From: Pseudolabrys sp.
GTDB lineage: Bacteria; Pseudomonadota; Alphaproteobacteria; Rhizobiales; Xanthobacteraceae
Length of the DNA: 64,000 bases
Reading direction: 5' to 3'
NCBI GenBank assembly: GCA_030684935.1
Contig: JAUXXH010000021.1
Coordinates: forward strand, 36,974 to 100,973
Part shown: positions 9,540 to 19,262 of the stretch, one piece after another
How positions within the stretch are numbered: position 1 is the stretch's first letter
Layout of the letters: the number at the start of each line of letters is the position of its first letter
Made by a program: the position numbers and the translations under genes
The notes under the pieces: model-generated
Seen by the model: the letters and a program-made list of their open reading frames with translations, nothing else
What the model was told of the DNA's origin: nothing
The model's database searches: none

Positions 9540-10391
9540 TCAATCCTTCAGGCTCGGATAAAGCACCTGCGCGGTCTTGCCGAAGATCCAGTCCTGGTCG
9601 CTGGACTTGGCAAACGAGAACGCCTTCTGCGCGGCGCCGAGGATTTCCTTCAGCGTGCCGACCGAGTTGGGGAAATTGGAGCCCCAGCCGATGCGGTCGG
9701 CGCCGAAGGTATCCACCATCTTGCCGAAGAACGTGTCGGCGGCGCCCTTGCCCCAGCTCTTCGGGGTGACATTGAGCGGCGTGATCTTGAGGTAGACCTG
9801 CTTGTACTTGGCCAGCGCCAGGAAGTCGGCGGCGCCGGCATACGGCGGTCCGTCTTCATGCGGCGTCCGCGACAGGTGATCGAGAATGATGGTGACCTTC
9901 GGAAACTTGTCCATGATCCCGCGCAGCAGCGGGATGCCTTCCTGCTTCATCTGCACGCACACGGGAATGTTCTTGGCCGCCGCGTGCTCCCAGAACGGAT
10001 AGGTCTTCGGGTCGGCGAACCAGGTGGCCTGCCCCGGCAGCGTGCTGCCGGTGGTGAAAAGCCGCATCCCGGTGCAGCCGCGGCCCAGCCAGTAGTCGAA
10101 GGTCTTCACGGCGTCGGGCGCGAGCGTATCGATCGAGTAGACGCCGGTGAAGCGCGACGGCACCGCCGCCACCGCATCGGCGACGTAGCTGTTGTCGTAG
10201 CCATAGGCGGTCGACGAATGAACGATCGCCGCCTTGGCGACACCGGCGTCGTCCATGGCCTGCAGCAGGTCGTCATAGGTGGTCGGCCGTTCGCTCGACC
10301 AGGTCGACTGCGTGCCGCCCAGCGGGTCCAGCGGATAGGCCTTGGTATCGGGCGAGACGATATGCGGATGGATATCGATGATGGATGACAT
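9540..10391 (-). CDS. Amidohydrolase_2 family lactonase (LigI/COG3618-like)
   Basis: IIDIHPH, YGYDNSY, ILDHL, WGSNFP. Confidence 0.75.
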   Translation of the reverse strand: MSSIIDIHPHIVSPDTKAYPLDPLGGTQSTWSSERPTTYDDLLQAMDDAGVAKAAIVHSSTAYGYDNSYVADAVAAVPSRFTGVYSIDTLAPDAVKTFDYWLGRGCTGMRLFTTGSTLPGQATWFADPKTYPFWEHAAAKNIPVCVQMKQEGIPLLRGIMDKFPKVTIILDHLSRTPHEDGPPYAGAADFLALAKYKQVYLKITPLNVTPKSWGKGAADTFFGKMVDTFGADRIGWGSNFPNSVGTLKEILGAAQKAFSFAKSSDQDWIFGKTAQVLYPSLKD

Positions 10392-10421
10392 AAGGGGACT
10401 CTTCTTGCGGTCGGAAGGAAT

Positions 10422-11444
10422 CTACGGATCGATATCGACGAAGACCTGGTCGAGCTGCGGCCGCGCCGGGATCAGCTTCTGCTGCAGCGCATAGGTGACC
10501 AGCGCGTCGATGCTCGGACGGTTGGCGGCCATGCCGTACGGCAGCGGGTCGTTCATCAGCGAGAAGAAGCTGCGATAGCGGAGGTCTTCCGGGCTGTCGC
10601 CGCTGTCGAGCTTGAGGCTTTCCAGATAGGGCCGCTTGGCCGTGGTGAAGGCGTTCATCAAGGAGCGGGCCAGCCACGGGTGGCGATTGATATGCTCGTC
10701 CTTGACGACGATGAGCCCGTGGATCGGGTAGATGCCGGTGCGGCGGAACCAGTCGGCCTCGACCTGCTCGACGTCGGCGATCAGTTCCGGATAGGTGCCG
10801 GCGGCCACGCCGGTCGGCGCATTCATGTCCCAGTTGCCGATCGGCGGGCCGGCGCGCCCGACCCCGGCCGGACCGGTGAACCCGGCCTGGATTTCGCCGG
10901 ACGCCATCATGCTTTGCAGCGACTTGCCCTCCGGGGCATGGACGACATTCGGCGGCAGCTTCAACGAGGTGACGTGCTCCTCGTCGTCGACGACCCAGGT
11001 CACCTTCGACGAATCGAGGCCGTATTCGTTGACGAAAATGCCGCGCGTCCAGACGCCGGTCGTGACCGAGTAGGCGCGCACGCCGACTTTCTTGCCTTCG
11101 AGGTCCTTCGGCTGCCTGATATTGGCGTCGGGCCGCACGATGAATCCGCCGTGGTGGAAGCGGCGCATGATGAAGATCGGCAGGGCGATATAGGGCGCAC
11201 CGAGGGCGCGTGCGATCATGTAGGTGGTCGGCGCCATTTCGCAGATGTCGAACTCGACGTCGCGCACCATCCGCCGGAAAGCCTGGATGATCGGCTTGAC
11301 CTCGATCATGTCGGCATCGACGCCTTCAATCGGCACGCTGCCATCCTTGATGGCCGCGGTATGGCCGTAAGTGCCGATTGCGATCTTCAGCCGCGGGCGA
11401 TCGGACCCCTGCGGCACCTTTGTCGTCATTCCCTGCACGTTCAC
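10422..11444 (-). CDS. 4,5-dihydroxyphthalate decarboxylase-like protein
   Basis: FRRMVRDVEFDICEMAPTTY, RFHHG, GKKVGVRAYSVTTGVW, RTGIYPIHG, DPLPYGMAANR. Confidence 0.75.
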   Translation of the reverse strand: MNVQGMTTKVPQGSDRPRLKIAIGTYGHTAAIKDGSVPIEGVDADMIEVKPIIQAFRRMVRDVEFDICEMAPTTYMIARALGAPYIALPIFIMRRFHHGGFIVRPDANIRQPKDLEGKKVGVRAYSVTTGVWTRGIFVNEYGLDSSKVTWVVDDEEHVTSLKLPPNVVHAPEGKSLQSMMASGEIQAGFTGPAGVGRAGPPIGNWDMNAPTGVAAGTYPELIADVEQVEADWFRRTGIYPIHGLIVVKDEHINRHPWLARSLMNAFTTAKRPYLESLKLDSGDSPEDLRYRSFFSLMNDPLPYGMAANRPSIDALVTYALQQKLIPARPQLDQVFVDIDP

Positions 11445-11469
11445 GACAGGACCTTTCTCTCTTTACGGG

Positions 11470-12462
11470 CTACTTCGTCGGAATGCCGGCCTTTTCGATA
11501 ACCACGGCCCACTTTTTTATCTCGTTCGCCATGCGTGCGCCCATCTGTTCGGACGTGCCGATCAAGGGCTCCATGCCGAGGTCGGCCATGCGCGTCTTGA
11601 TTTCCGGCAGCGCCAGCACGGCGTTGACCTCCTCATTCATCTTTTTGATGATCGCGGGCGGCGTGCCGGCGCGGGCCTGCAACGCATTCCAGCTCGTCAC
11701 CAGATAGTCCGGATAGCCGCTGTCCTTCACGGTCGGGACGCCGGGCAATTCCGCGTTGGGCTTCTCACCGCCGGTCGCGATGATCTTGATCTGTTTGCTG
11801 GCGATGCTGGGGCGGAATGCCGCCAGGAAATCGAAGCCGACATCGATATCGCCGCGGATGATCGCCGTGACCATATCCGGCGTGGTCTTGAACATGATCA
11901 TGGTGGCATCGACGCCGGTGAGCATCTTGAACAGTTCGGCCGACAGATGCTGGGTACTGCCCGCCGCCACCGTGCCGAAATTCAGCTTGCCGGGATTGGC
12001 CTTGCCATAGGCTACGAGTTTCTGCACCGAGTCATGCTTCGAATCCGCCTTGGTCGCCAGCAACATGTCGAATTGCGCCAGGAAGGTCACCGGAACGAAG
12101 TCTGTCAGGATGTTGTACGGCAGGTCCTTGAACAGCGTCTGGCTGATCGCGGTGCCGTTGCCGGCGAGATAGAACGTGTAGCCATCGGCGGGGTATGACA
12201 AAGCGCCCTTGGCGCCTGCGATGCCGCCGGCGCCGGGCCGGTTTTCAATATAGAAGTTCTGGCCCAGCCGTTCGGTGAGCTTTTGCGCCACCAGGCGCAT
12301 GGTGACGTCGGCGACGCCGCCGGGCCCGAACGGCAGGATGACGCGGACCGGCCGGTCCGGATAGGTTGACTGTGCGACAGAGAATGTCGAGCCGGCGACC
12401 ACCGCGACGACAGTGACGGCAACCGACAGCACTGCACGCACACGTGCGCTGAAAGTCCTCAT
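11470..12462 (-). CDS. Bug/TctC substrate-binding protein
   Basis: Signal peptide, YPDRPVRVILPFGPGGVAD, ENRPGAGG; RBS GGAGGA. Confidence 0.9.
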   Translation of the reverse strand: MRTFSARVRAVLSVAVTVVAVVAGSTFSVAQSTYPDRPVRVILPFGPGGVADVTMRLVAQKLTERLGQNFYIENRPGAGGIAGAKGALSYPADGYTFYLAGNGTAISQTLFKDLPYNILTDFVPVTFLAQFDMLLATKADSKHDSVQKLVAYGKANPGKLNFGTVAAGSTQHLSAELFKMLTGVDATMIMFKTTPDMVTAIIRGDIDVGFDFLAAFRPSIASKQIKIIATGGEKPNAELPGVPTVKDSGYPDYLVTSWNALQARAGTPPAIIKKMNEEVNAVLALPEIKTRMADLGMEPLIGTSEQMGARMANEIKKWAVVIEKAGIPTK

Positions 12463-12678
12463 CTGTTTCCTCCTGCGGCTTTTGCTTCCGGGGGGTACCG
12501 GTGGCCTTGACGACCGTGATGCCGCTGTCGCCCATGGGAGCGGAAAAGGGACCCACAAGTCCATTCCGAATAGCCTCACGTTTTGATATGCAAAACGTCA
12601 TGACCTGCGCGGATTTCGCTGCAGTGCATCATTTTGGCTGAATTTGTTGGTCGAAATACCATATCTGGGGCGTATCCA

Positions 12679-13629
12679 ATGATCGATTTTCGGCTGCTCC
12701 GGCATTTCTGGTACTTCCTCGCGGTGGCCGAGGAGCGGCATTTCGGCAAGGCCGCCAAGCGGCTGGGCATGTCGCAGCCGCCGCTCAGCCAGCAGATTCA
12801 GGTGCTGGAAAAATCCCTGGGCGTGAAACTGTTCGAACGCTCGCGCCAGGGCGTGCGGCTGACCAAGGAAGGCGCCGAGATCATGGGGCCGGTGCAGCGC
12901 TTCATGGAACATGCGCAACGCCTGCAACTGGAAGTGCTGGATGCGCGTCAGGGCCGCGACACCAAGGTGACCATCGGCGCGGTCAACGCGGCGCTGTTTG
13001 ACATCATGCCGCGGCTGACGCGGCTCGCGAAGCAGCGCTATCCGTATTTGTCGCTGTCGCTGACCGAGATGGACAGCGCCACAGCGCTTTCCGCAGTGCA
13101 AAATGGCGAAGTCGATATCGCTTTCGCGCGGTTCGACCAGCCGGTCAGCGCGCTCGAAATCCGGCCGATCGTCAAAGATCAACTGGTTGTGGTGCTGCCC
13201 ATCGACCATCCTCTCACCCGGCGCGACCGCATCGCGCTGAGCGAGCTCGCCGATGAGAACCTGGTGTTGTCGCCGCGACGCATCAGCCCCAGCTTTTTCG
13301 ACCAGATCGTCAGCGCCTGCCACCACGTCGGCTTTTCGCCCCGCATTGTCCATGAGGTGCGGACCGTGGTGTCGCAGATCGCGTTCGTCGGGTGCGGTTC
13401 GGCCATCGGCATGGTGCCGAGCCGTTCGATGCGGTTCGGCGGCGGAGATGTCGTGTTCCGGCCGCTGGTGGAGACGCTCGAAGTGGTCACGATTGCGGCC
13501 GCATGGGACCCGGCGCGCCGCAAGGATGTCGTGCCCGCGATTGTCGACATCGCCAGCAGCCTCGGCACCGAGATGGCGAAAGCCACGGTGCTGCGCCGGA
13601 CCGGGCGGCGGCCGCAGCCCGCCGTCTGA
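12679..13629 (+). CDS. LysR family regulator
   Basis: FLAVAEERHFGKAAKRLGMSQPPLSQQI; divergent from the Bug-led operon. Confidence 0.92.
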   Translation: MIDFRLLRHFWYFLAVAEERHFGKAAKRLGMSQPPLSQQIQVLEKSLGVKLFERSRQGVRLTKEGAEIMGPVQRFMEHAQRLQLEVLDARQGRDTKVTIGAVNAALFDIMPRLTRLAKQRYPYLSLSLTEMDSATALSAVQNGEVDIAFARFDQPVSALEIRPIVKDQLVVVLPIDHPLTRRDRIALSELADENLVLSPRRISPSFFDQIVSACHHVGFSPRIVHEVRTVVSQIAFVGCGSAIGMVPSRSMRFGGGDVVFRPLVETLEVVTIAAAWDPARRKDVVPAIVDIASSLGTEMAKATVLRRTGRRPQPAV

Positions 13630-13737
13630 TCATATGTTTGCCGTATCGGCGTGGCGCATAAAAAGTCCTGGACATCCCTTCGGCGGTGACTGCGTAATCG
13701 CCGAAGTCAAAACGCGCACGCCCATGGGATTGGTCCG

Positions 13738-14370
13738 ATGACACCGTATAGCGACATCGCCGACGAACTGCTTCGCCACGGCACATCGACCTTGTGCGAG
13801 GCCTCGCGCCTGCCCTGCGCGCTCGACTATGCGATCCGGCCGGTGTGGCCCGGCGCGGCGGTCGCAGGCCCCGCCTATCCGCTGCGCTGCGCGCCCGGCG
13901 ACAATCTCGCCATCCATATTGCCGTCGATGCGGTGCCGCCGGGCCATGTCCTGGTGGTCGATGCATCCGGCTACGTCGCCGGCTACTGGGGCGAAGTGCT
14001 CACGGTCGCGGCCGAAGCGCGCCACATCAAGGGCATCATCATCGACGGCGGCCTGCGCGATATCGATGCGCTGGAGCGCCGCAAGTTTCCCGCCTTCGCC
14101 CGCGGCATCGGCATGCGCGGCACGGTGAAATTCCATGCGCCGTCGGTCGGCGAGCCGATCGTCATGTCCGGCGTCGCCATCGCCCCGGGCGATCTTGTCG
14201 TCGGCGATACCGATGGCGTGCTCGCCATTCCGCAGGCTGCGGTGGCCCGCACACTGGAAGCGGCCCGTCTGCGCACCGACAAGGAAGCGGTCACGATGAA
14301 GCGGCTGCTGGCCGGCGAAACGACCCTGGACCTGCTGGGCCTCACGGCCCATCGGCTGCCGAAGCGCTAG
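13738..14370 (+). CDS. RraA/HMG-CHA aldolase family protein (LigK-like)
   Basis: PGDNLAIH, YWGEVL, IDGGLRD, PGDLVVGDTDG. Confidence 0.85.
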   Translation: MTPYSDIADELLRHGTSTLCEASRLPCALDYAIRPVWPGAAVAGPAYPLRCAPGDNLAIHIAVDAVPPGHVLVVDASGYVAGYWGEVLTVAAEARHIKGIIIDGGLRDIDALERRKFPAFARGIGMRGTVKFHAPSVGEPIVMSGVAIAPGDLVVGDTDGVLAIPQAAVARTLEAARLRTDKEAVTMKRLLAGETTLDLLGLTAHRLPKR

Positions 14371-14510
14371 GCGCGGTCAGGCACGGTCGACCCAACGGTG
14401 CAAATGGGCTGGGGCGCAGGCCACACCATAAGAAATGGCTATAGCTATGGTAATGCCTCTTGAACCGTGTCAGCTTTTCCGCAGCATAGGCACAACGGAA
14501 AGGCGCACCG

Positions 14511-15815
14511 ATGCTATTTGCCATGGGGGCCAACAAACCACAGACCACGGCCGTCGCAAGCTGCGCCGCAATATCGCGTAACCTGCGGCATTTCAGGGTT
14601 TTTCTGGCCGTCGCCGAACTGCGCTCGCCCACGCTTGCGGCAGAGCGCTGCCGGGTGTCGCAACCAGCCGTGACACAATCGCTGGGCAAGCTGGAGCGTG
14701 AAGCCGGCGGCGACCTGTTCGAGCGGACCCGGCAGGGCTTCTATTTGACTGAACGCGGCCGGATTTTCGAGGCGCGCCTGCGCCGCGCCATGCGCCGGCT
14801 GGATGCGGCTCTCGGTGAGATCACGCCCCAGCTTCGGGTCACGGCCACGACGGCCCAACTTCAGGCGCTGATCGCGATGAACGAGGCGCAGAACATCTCG
14901 CTGGCCTCGCGCAACCTCGGACTGGCCCAGCCGACGGTGCAACGGGCCATTACCAAGTTCGAACGCGTGGCCGCACGCCCGTTGTTTGAGCGGACTTCGT
15001 TCGGAATGGTGGCAACGCGGGCCTGCCGCAAACTCGCGCAGGCCGCGGGGCTTGCCTTTGCCGAAATCGATCAAGCCGAAGCCGAACTGGCCGAGTTGAA
15101 CGGGCATGAGACGGGCCGCGTCGTCGTCGGATCGCTGCCTCTTTCTCGCTCCGTCGTCCTGCCCGAGGCCCTCATCCGGTTCCGCGCGGCGCGTCCGACG
15201 CAGCAGGTGACGGTCATCGACGGACCCTATGGCGAGATGCTGGGAAGCCTCCGACGCGGCAGTATCGACTTCATACTCGGCGCGCTACGCGGTCCGCTAC
15301 CGATCTGTGACGTGATCCAAGAACCGCTGTTCGACGATCATCTCACCATCGTCGCCCGGCCTGGCCATCCGCTGGACGGCCGGCGCGGAATCACTTTCGA
15401 CCAGCTTGTTCGCCATGCATGGGCGGTGCCGCGCCCCGGCACACCGTCGCGTGACCAGTTCGACAGCCTGTTCCGCGACCGCGGCCTGCCCCAACCGCAT
15501 AGTATCCTCGAGGTTGGCTCGATCTTGCTGATGCGCGAATTGTTGTCCCGAAGCGATATGCTGGGTTGCATTTCTGGCCACCAAGCGGAAGCGGAAATAA
15601 GCAAAGGGCTGCTGGTCACCCTGCACACCAAAATCGACTGGCCGGCCCGCGCCATCGGGCTGACCTATCGCTCCGGCTGGGTTCCGACCCGGGCGCAGGG
15701 CGATCTGCTGGATTATGTGCGCGACGTTTCGCGCCAGGCTGCCCCGTCACGTCTGCTGCGGCAAATCGCGCGGCCAACACCAAGAATCTATACGCCGGAC
15801 GAAAATCTTATGTGA
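14511..15815 (+). CDS. LysR regulator with two HTH domains (GalR-like)
   Basis: HTH1 NLRHFRVF..SQPAVTQ and HTH2 QLQAL..AQPTVQRAI before the substrate-binding domain; start uncertain. Confidence 0.85.
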   Translation: MLFAMGANKPQTTAVASCAAISRNLRHFRVFLAVAELRSPTLAAERCRVSQPAVTQSLGKLEREAGGDLFERTRQGFYLTERGRIFEARLRRAMRRLDAALGEITPQLRVTATTAQLQALIAMNEAQNISLASRNLGLAQPTVQRAITKFERVAARPLFERTSFGMVATRACRKLAQAAGLAFAEIDQAEAELAELNGHETGRVVVGSLPLSRSVVLPEALIRFRAARPTQQVTVIDGPYGEMLGSLRRGSIDFILGALRGPLPICDVIQEPLFDDHLTIVARPGHPLDGRRGITFDQLVRHAWAVPRPGTPSRDQFDSLFRDRGLPQPHSILEVGSILLMRELLSRSDMLGCISGHQAEAEISKGLLVTLHTKIDWPARAIGLTYRSGWVPTRAQGDLLDYVRDVSRQAAPSRLLRQIARPTPRIYTPDENLM

Positions 15816-15923
15816 CCGATCGGCAATGGCGCAACTAACACTGTGAGAAAGGCGGCTGGAAAAGCCGTTTCTGCGTTCCACGGCACTTCGTGGCGATGGA
15901 TCGCACCACAGGGAGGATTAGAT

Positions 15924-16907
15924 TTGACCAAATTCAATGCAAAATGCGCCGTGATGGCCATGGCTGCGCTCGCGTTCGCCGCGACGCAGGGTACGGACCC
16001 AGCCTCCGCACAGAACTATCCAAACAAGCCGATACAATTCGTCGTCGGCTTCGCGCCTGGTGGCTTTGCCGACGTGTCCTCGCGCATCGTTGCGAAACAC
16101 GTTGCGAGCGTGCTGGGCCAGTCCGTGACCGTCATGAACCGCGGCGGTGCTGGGTCGAACCTCGCGGCTTCCTTCGTGAAGACGTCGCCGGCTGACGGTT
16201 ACACTGTTCTCGCAACCACGACCGCGATCGCGGTGAATGCCACGCTTTACAAAAGTCTCGATTACGCCCTGTTCAAAGATCTGTTGCCGGTCGCAGTCGC
16301 CGTGGAGGCGCCAGAGCTCTTTGCCGTTCACCCATCGCAGCCGCGCAACCTGGCCGACTTTCTCAAAGCTGCGCATGCCGCGGGCGGAAAAACCTTCGGC
16401 ACCGCTGGCGCCGGCACCGGCTCGCACCTGACCTTTGCCTCCTTTTTTGACAAAGTGGCCAAGGCACCGGTCACCCACGTTCCCTTCCAAGGCGCAGGCC
16501 CGGCAAACCAGGCGGTGATGGGCGGCCATACCGACGGGTTCGCTGGCTCAGCCTCAGGGCCGGTCGTGGAGTTGGTCAGGAACGGCAGCATCGTCTGCCT
16601 GGGTTTCGCCGCGGCCGAGCGTTACCCGGAATTGCCCGATTGCCCGACACTTGGTGAACTGGGGTATCCGAACCACTTCGGCGCCTCTTGGCTCAGCTTC
16701 TGGGTGCCCGCCGGTACACCTGAGCCGGCGCGCAAGGCGCTGAACGAAGCGATACGCTCGATCAACAAAGACCCGGCCATGGCCAAGGCGCTGAGTGCCA
16801 ATGGCGTGCTCAAGAGCATGGATTTGCAGGAGACCGAGACGTTCCTACGTGGCCAGATCAAAATTTGGGGCGAGCGCGTCACGGCATCCGGCCTTAGCAT
16901 CAACTGA
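15924..16907 (+). CDS. Bug/TctC substrate-binding protein
   Basis: YPNKPIQFVVGFAPGGFAD, PADGYTVL; TTG start after GGGAGG. Confidence 0.88.
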   Translation: MTKFNAKCAVMAMAALAFAATQGTDPASAQNYPNKPIQFVVGFAPGGFADVSSRIVAKHVASVLGQSVTVMNRGGAGSNLAASFVKTSPADGYTVLATTTAIAVNATLYKSLDYALFKDLLPVAVAVEAPELFAVHPSQPRNLADFLKAAHAAGGKTFGTAGAGTGSHLTFASFFDKVAKAPVTHVPFQGAGPANQAVMGGHTDGFAGSASGPVVELVRNGSIVCLGFAAAERYPELPDCPTLGELGYPNHFGASWLSFWVPAGTPEPARKALNEAIRSINKDPAMAKALSANGVLKSMDLQETETFLRGQIKIWGERVTASGLSIN

Positions 16908-16961
16908 CCGCCGTGCCGCCCCTCCAAGAGGCGGCTTCGCCGGCGGACGGATCAAGACAAG

Positions 16962-16991
16962 GAGGAGCGCCGGAACACAACGGCGCTCCTC
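16962..16991. terminator. Hairpin between convergent genes
   Basis: GAGGAGCGCCG-N8-CGGCGCTCCTC. Confidence 0.55.
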
Positions 16992-17005
16992 ACGCGTTTC
17001 AGGGC

Positions 17006-17626
17006 TCACGCTATCTGGCAGACTTCGTCAAAGGCGAAGCGAAAGGCCCGCGGCCGCACGCTCTGCTCCAGCCCATAGCCGATGTTCATCAGAAAGTTGG
17101 ATTTTACCGCCGTGCCTGCGAAGAATATCTCGTCAACGATGTCGTGGTGGAAACCCGACATCGGCCCGCAATGCAGGCCCATCGCTCTGGCGCCGATCAT
17201 GAAATAGGCTGCCTGAAGCGTGGCGTTGCGGAAGGAGGCACGGTAGTTCAACGCCTCATCTGCCTGATAGGTGGCGATTTTCTCGGTGGCATCATGCGGC
17301 GAAAGTCTGTCGAAATGGCGGGCGAAATCCAGATCGAGTCCGAAAATGGCAACGACTGGGGCGCTTTCAACTTTGGGAACGTTGCCAGCCTTGATACCGG
17401 GCATAAGCCTCGCCTTCGCTTCGGGCGACTTCACGAAGACCACGCGCATCGGGCTCCCGTTGCCGCTGGTGGGGCCGAATTTCGTGGCTTCATAGATGTC
17501 TCGCAGAAGCGCGTCGGGCACCTCTCGGTTCGAGAACCGGTAGTACGTGTGCGCATTTCGAAAGACGAGGTCGAGCAATTCTTCGTTTTGATCAGACGGG
17601 ATTGCGATCGGCCTGGGGTCGGGCAT
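17006..17626 (-). CDS. Nitroreductase family, RutE/malonic semialdehyde reductase-like
   Basis: GPTSGNGSPMRVVFV, RNATLQAAYF, GLHCGPMSGF, NIGYG; the usual ART motif reads AHT. Confidence 0.82.
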   Translation of the reverse strand: MPDPRPIAIPSDQNEELLDLVFRNAHTYYRFSNREVPDALLRDIYEATKFGPTSGNGSPMRVVFVKSPEAKARLMPGIKAGNVPKVESAPVVAIFGLDLDFARHFDRLSPHDATEKIATYQADEALNYRASFRNATLQAAYFMIGARAMGLHCGPMSGFHHDIVDEIFFAGTAVKSNFLMNIGYGLEQSVRPRAFRFAFDEVCQIA

Positions 17627-17892
17627 GGTGTGTCCTTGGTCGAGGTGACTGATGAGATTACGCTGAATGCAAGGCGAAGGCACGCGTACCTTCCACCCAA
17701 TGTGTTTTCTGTGGCCAATCCTGACCGAAACCGCGCGCGATCCGACCGGCAAGCCGGAGCACACGCATGCCCCCCACCATTCAAAGACTGCTGGCGGAAG
17801 CCAATCACATTTCTGTCCAGAGCATAAATTTTGCGACGACGATCTCGCCTACGCCTGCCTTTGCTAACAACGATACTGTGGCACGGCGCCCG

Positions 17893-19074
17893 CTACAGCT
17901 TCGACTGGATGGCGCGCAGCAGCTGGAAACGCATCGCGCCGTCGTTGCTCCTGAGCGCGATGACGAAGCGCACCCGCCCGTGCTTCGCGGTGTCGGCATA
18001 GCCGGCCAGCGTGCGAATGCCGTCGAGGGTGCCGGTCTTGTACAGCGAGCCGCCTTTGCCGCGCACCAGCAGATCGGCGTGCGGCGCGAACAAATGCAGC
18101 AGCCGGGCAAGGCCGCGCGCCGTGAAGCGGTTGCCGCGGCTGAGGCCGGAGCCTTCCTCGAGCTGGATGGCGCCGGCGAGGTTGTGCTGGCCGAGCATCT
18201 CGTTGGCGACCGAAAGCGACTTCGCCAGACTGACCGGACCGCCCTGGCGGTGTCCGCCGGTCTCCAGGAAGATCTGGTTGGCGATGTAGTTGTTCGAGCC
18301 GACGAGCACCCCGCGCAAGATCTCCGACAGCGAGCGCGACTGGCGATGCACGTAGACCGGGGCGAGCCCTTCCGGCACGGATCCGGTCGCGATCTTGCCC
18401 GTCACGCTGCCGCCGGCCCGCTGGATGAACGCGGCGAGCAGTTCGCCGCTGTATCGCAGGCTGACGACGGGGTCCTGCGCGAGACTGATGCGGCCGCGGC
18501 CGTTCGGCCCGCGCGCCCGGAACTGGCTGATCGCCAGCGGCGTGATCGGTGTCTGCGCTTCGGCGGAGCTGACTTTGCTGCCGTTGCGCACGGCGTGGAT
18601 GGTGTTGAAGTTCACCGCCAGAGCGGAGTTCAGCGCGTCGTAGGCCTCGGCGGTGTCCTCGATGCCCGGGATGCGCAGGTCGGACGGGTAGTAGCTGGCG
18701 TCCAGCACGATCCCGGTGAGCGGGGCTTTGCCGGCCGCAGTGACCAATGCCGGCGCGAGCAGCGCCAGCTCTTCGGAAATCAGGAACGGATCGCCGCCGC
18801 CCCTCACATAGAGCACCCGGTTATTGTCCAGATAGAAGCGGGTCTGGAAGCGGTAGTCGGCGCCCAGCACCTCGAGCGCCAGCCAGGCCGTCACGATCTT
18901 GGTGACGGAGGCCGGGACGAAAGGCGCGTCGGCATTCTGGGCGACCAGCTCGTTGCCGTCGGCGTCCATCACCAGAACCAGCGCCGATGGCGCCAGCGCC
19001 GCGATCTGCGCTTTGGCCCCGGCCAGCGCCGGAGCGGGCATCAGGAGCAAGACGAGGAGGAGCAGACGGGACAT
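17893..19074 (-). CDS. D-Ala-D-Ala carboxypeptidase/endopeptidase (peptidase S13, DacB-like)
   Basis: Signal peptide, PASVTK (SxxK), GGGDP, SNN, EGSGLSR, KTGTL. Confidence 0.88.
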   Translation of the reverse strand: MSRLLLLVLLLMPAPALAGAKAQIAALAPSALVLVMDADGNELVAQNADAPFVPASVTKIVTAWLALEVLGADYRFQTRFYLDNNRVLYVRGGGDPFLISEELALLAPALVTAAGKAPLTGIVLDASYYPSDLRIPGIEDTAEAYDALNSALAVNFNTIHAVRNGSKVSSAEAQTPITPLAISQFRARGPNGRGRISLAQDPVVSLRYSGELLAAFIQRAGGSVTGKIATGSVPEGLAPVYVHRQSRSLSEILRGVLVGSNNYIANQIFLETGGHRQGGPVSLAKSLSVANEMLGQHNLAGAIQLEEGSGLSRGNRFTARGLARLLHLFAPHADLLVRGKGGSLYKTGTLDGIRTLAGYADTAKHGRVRFVIALRSNDGAMRFQLLRAIQSKL

Positions 19075-19262
19075 GCGCACCGCACCGAATTGGCTCACCG
19101 CCCGTCTGGACGGCGCGCCCTGGGACCGTCGTGCATCAGCCTGCGCGCTTGGGACGCCCATGTTTCTGGCACCCATGTTGAGACCATGACCGGACGGTAA
19201 GGAGTATTCCAAATCCACGATCGAGACACCCCCAATGGTTCCATTAAAGCGGCTGGCGCGGT

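Noticed and set aside
8604-10388. 594-aa plus-strand ORF (also 1402-2643, 17767-19200, 36942-38516, 38209-39777, 40258-41751, 49079-50944, 52387-53817, 62417-63739)
   Set aside because: Antisense shadows of well-supported genes, expected with high-GC codon bias; no recognisable motifs
6645-11444. ABC transporter substrate-binding proteins
   Set aside because: Binding-protein-like fold but no signal peptides and no permease or ATPase genes; better treated as cytoplasmic enzymes
17880-17895. sigma54 promoter (TGGCACGGCGCCCGC)
   Set aside because: Poor -12 element and it points into the 3' end of an opposite-strand gene
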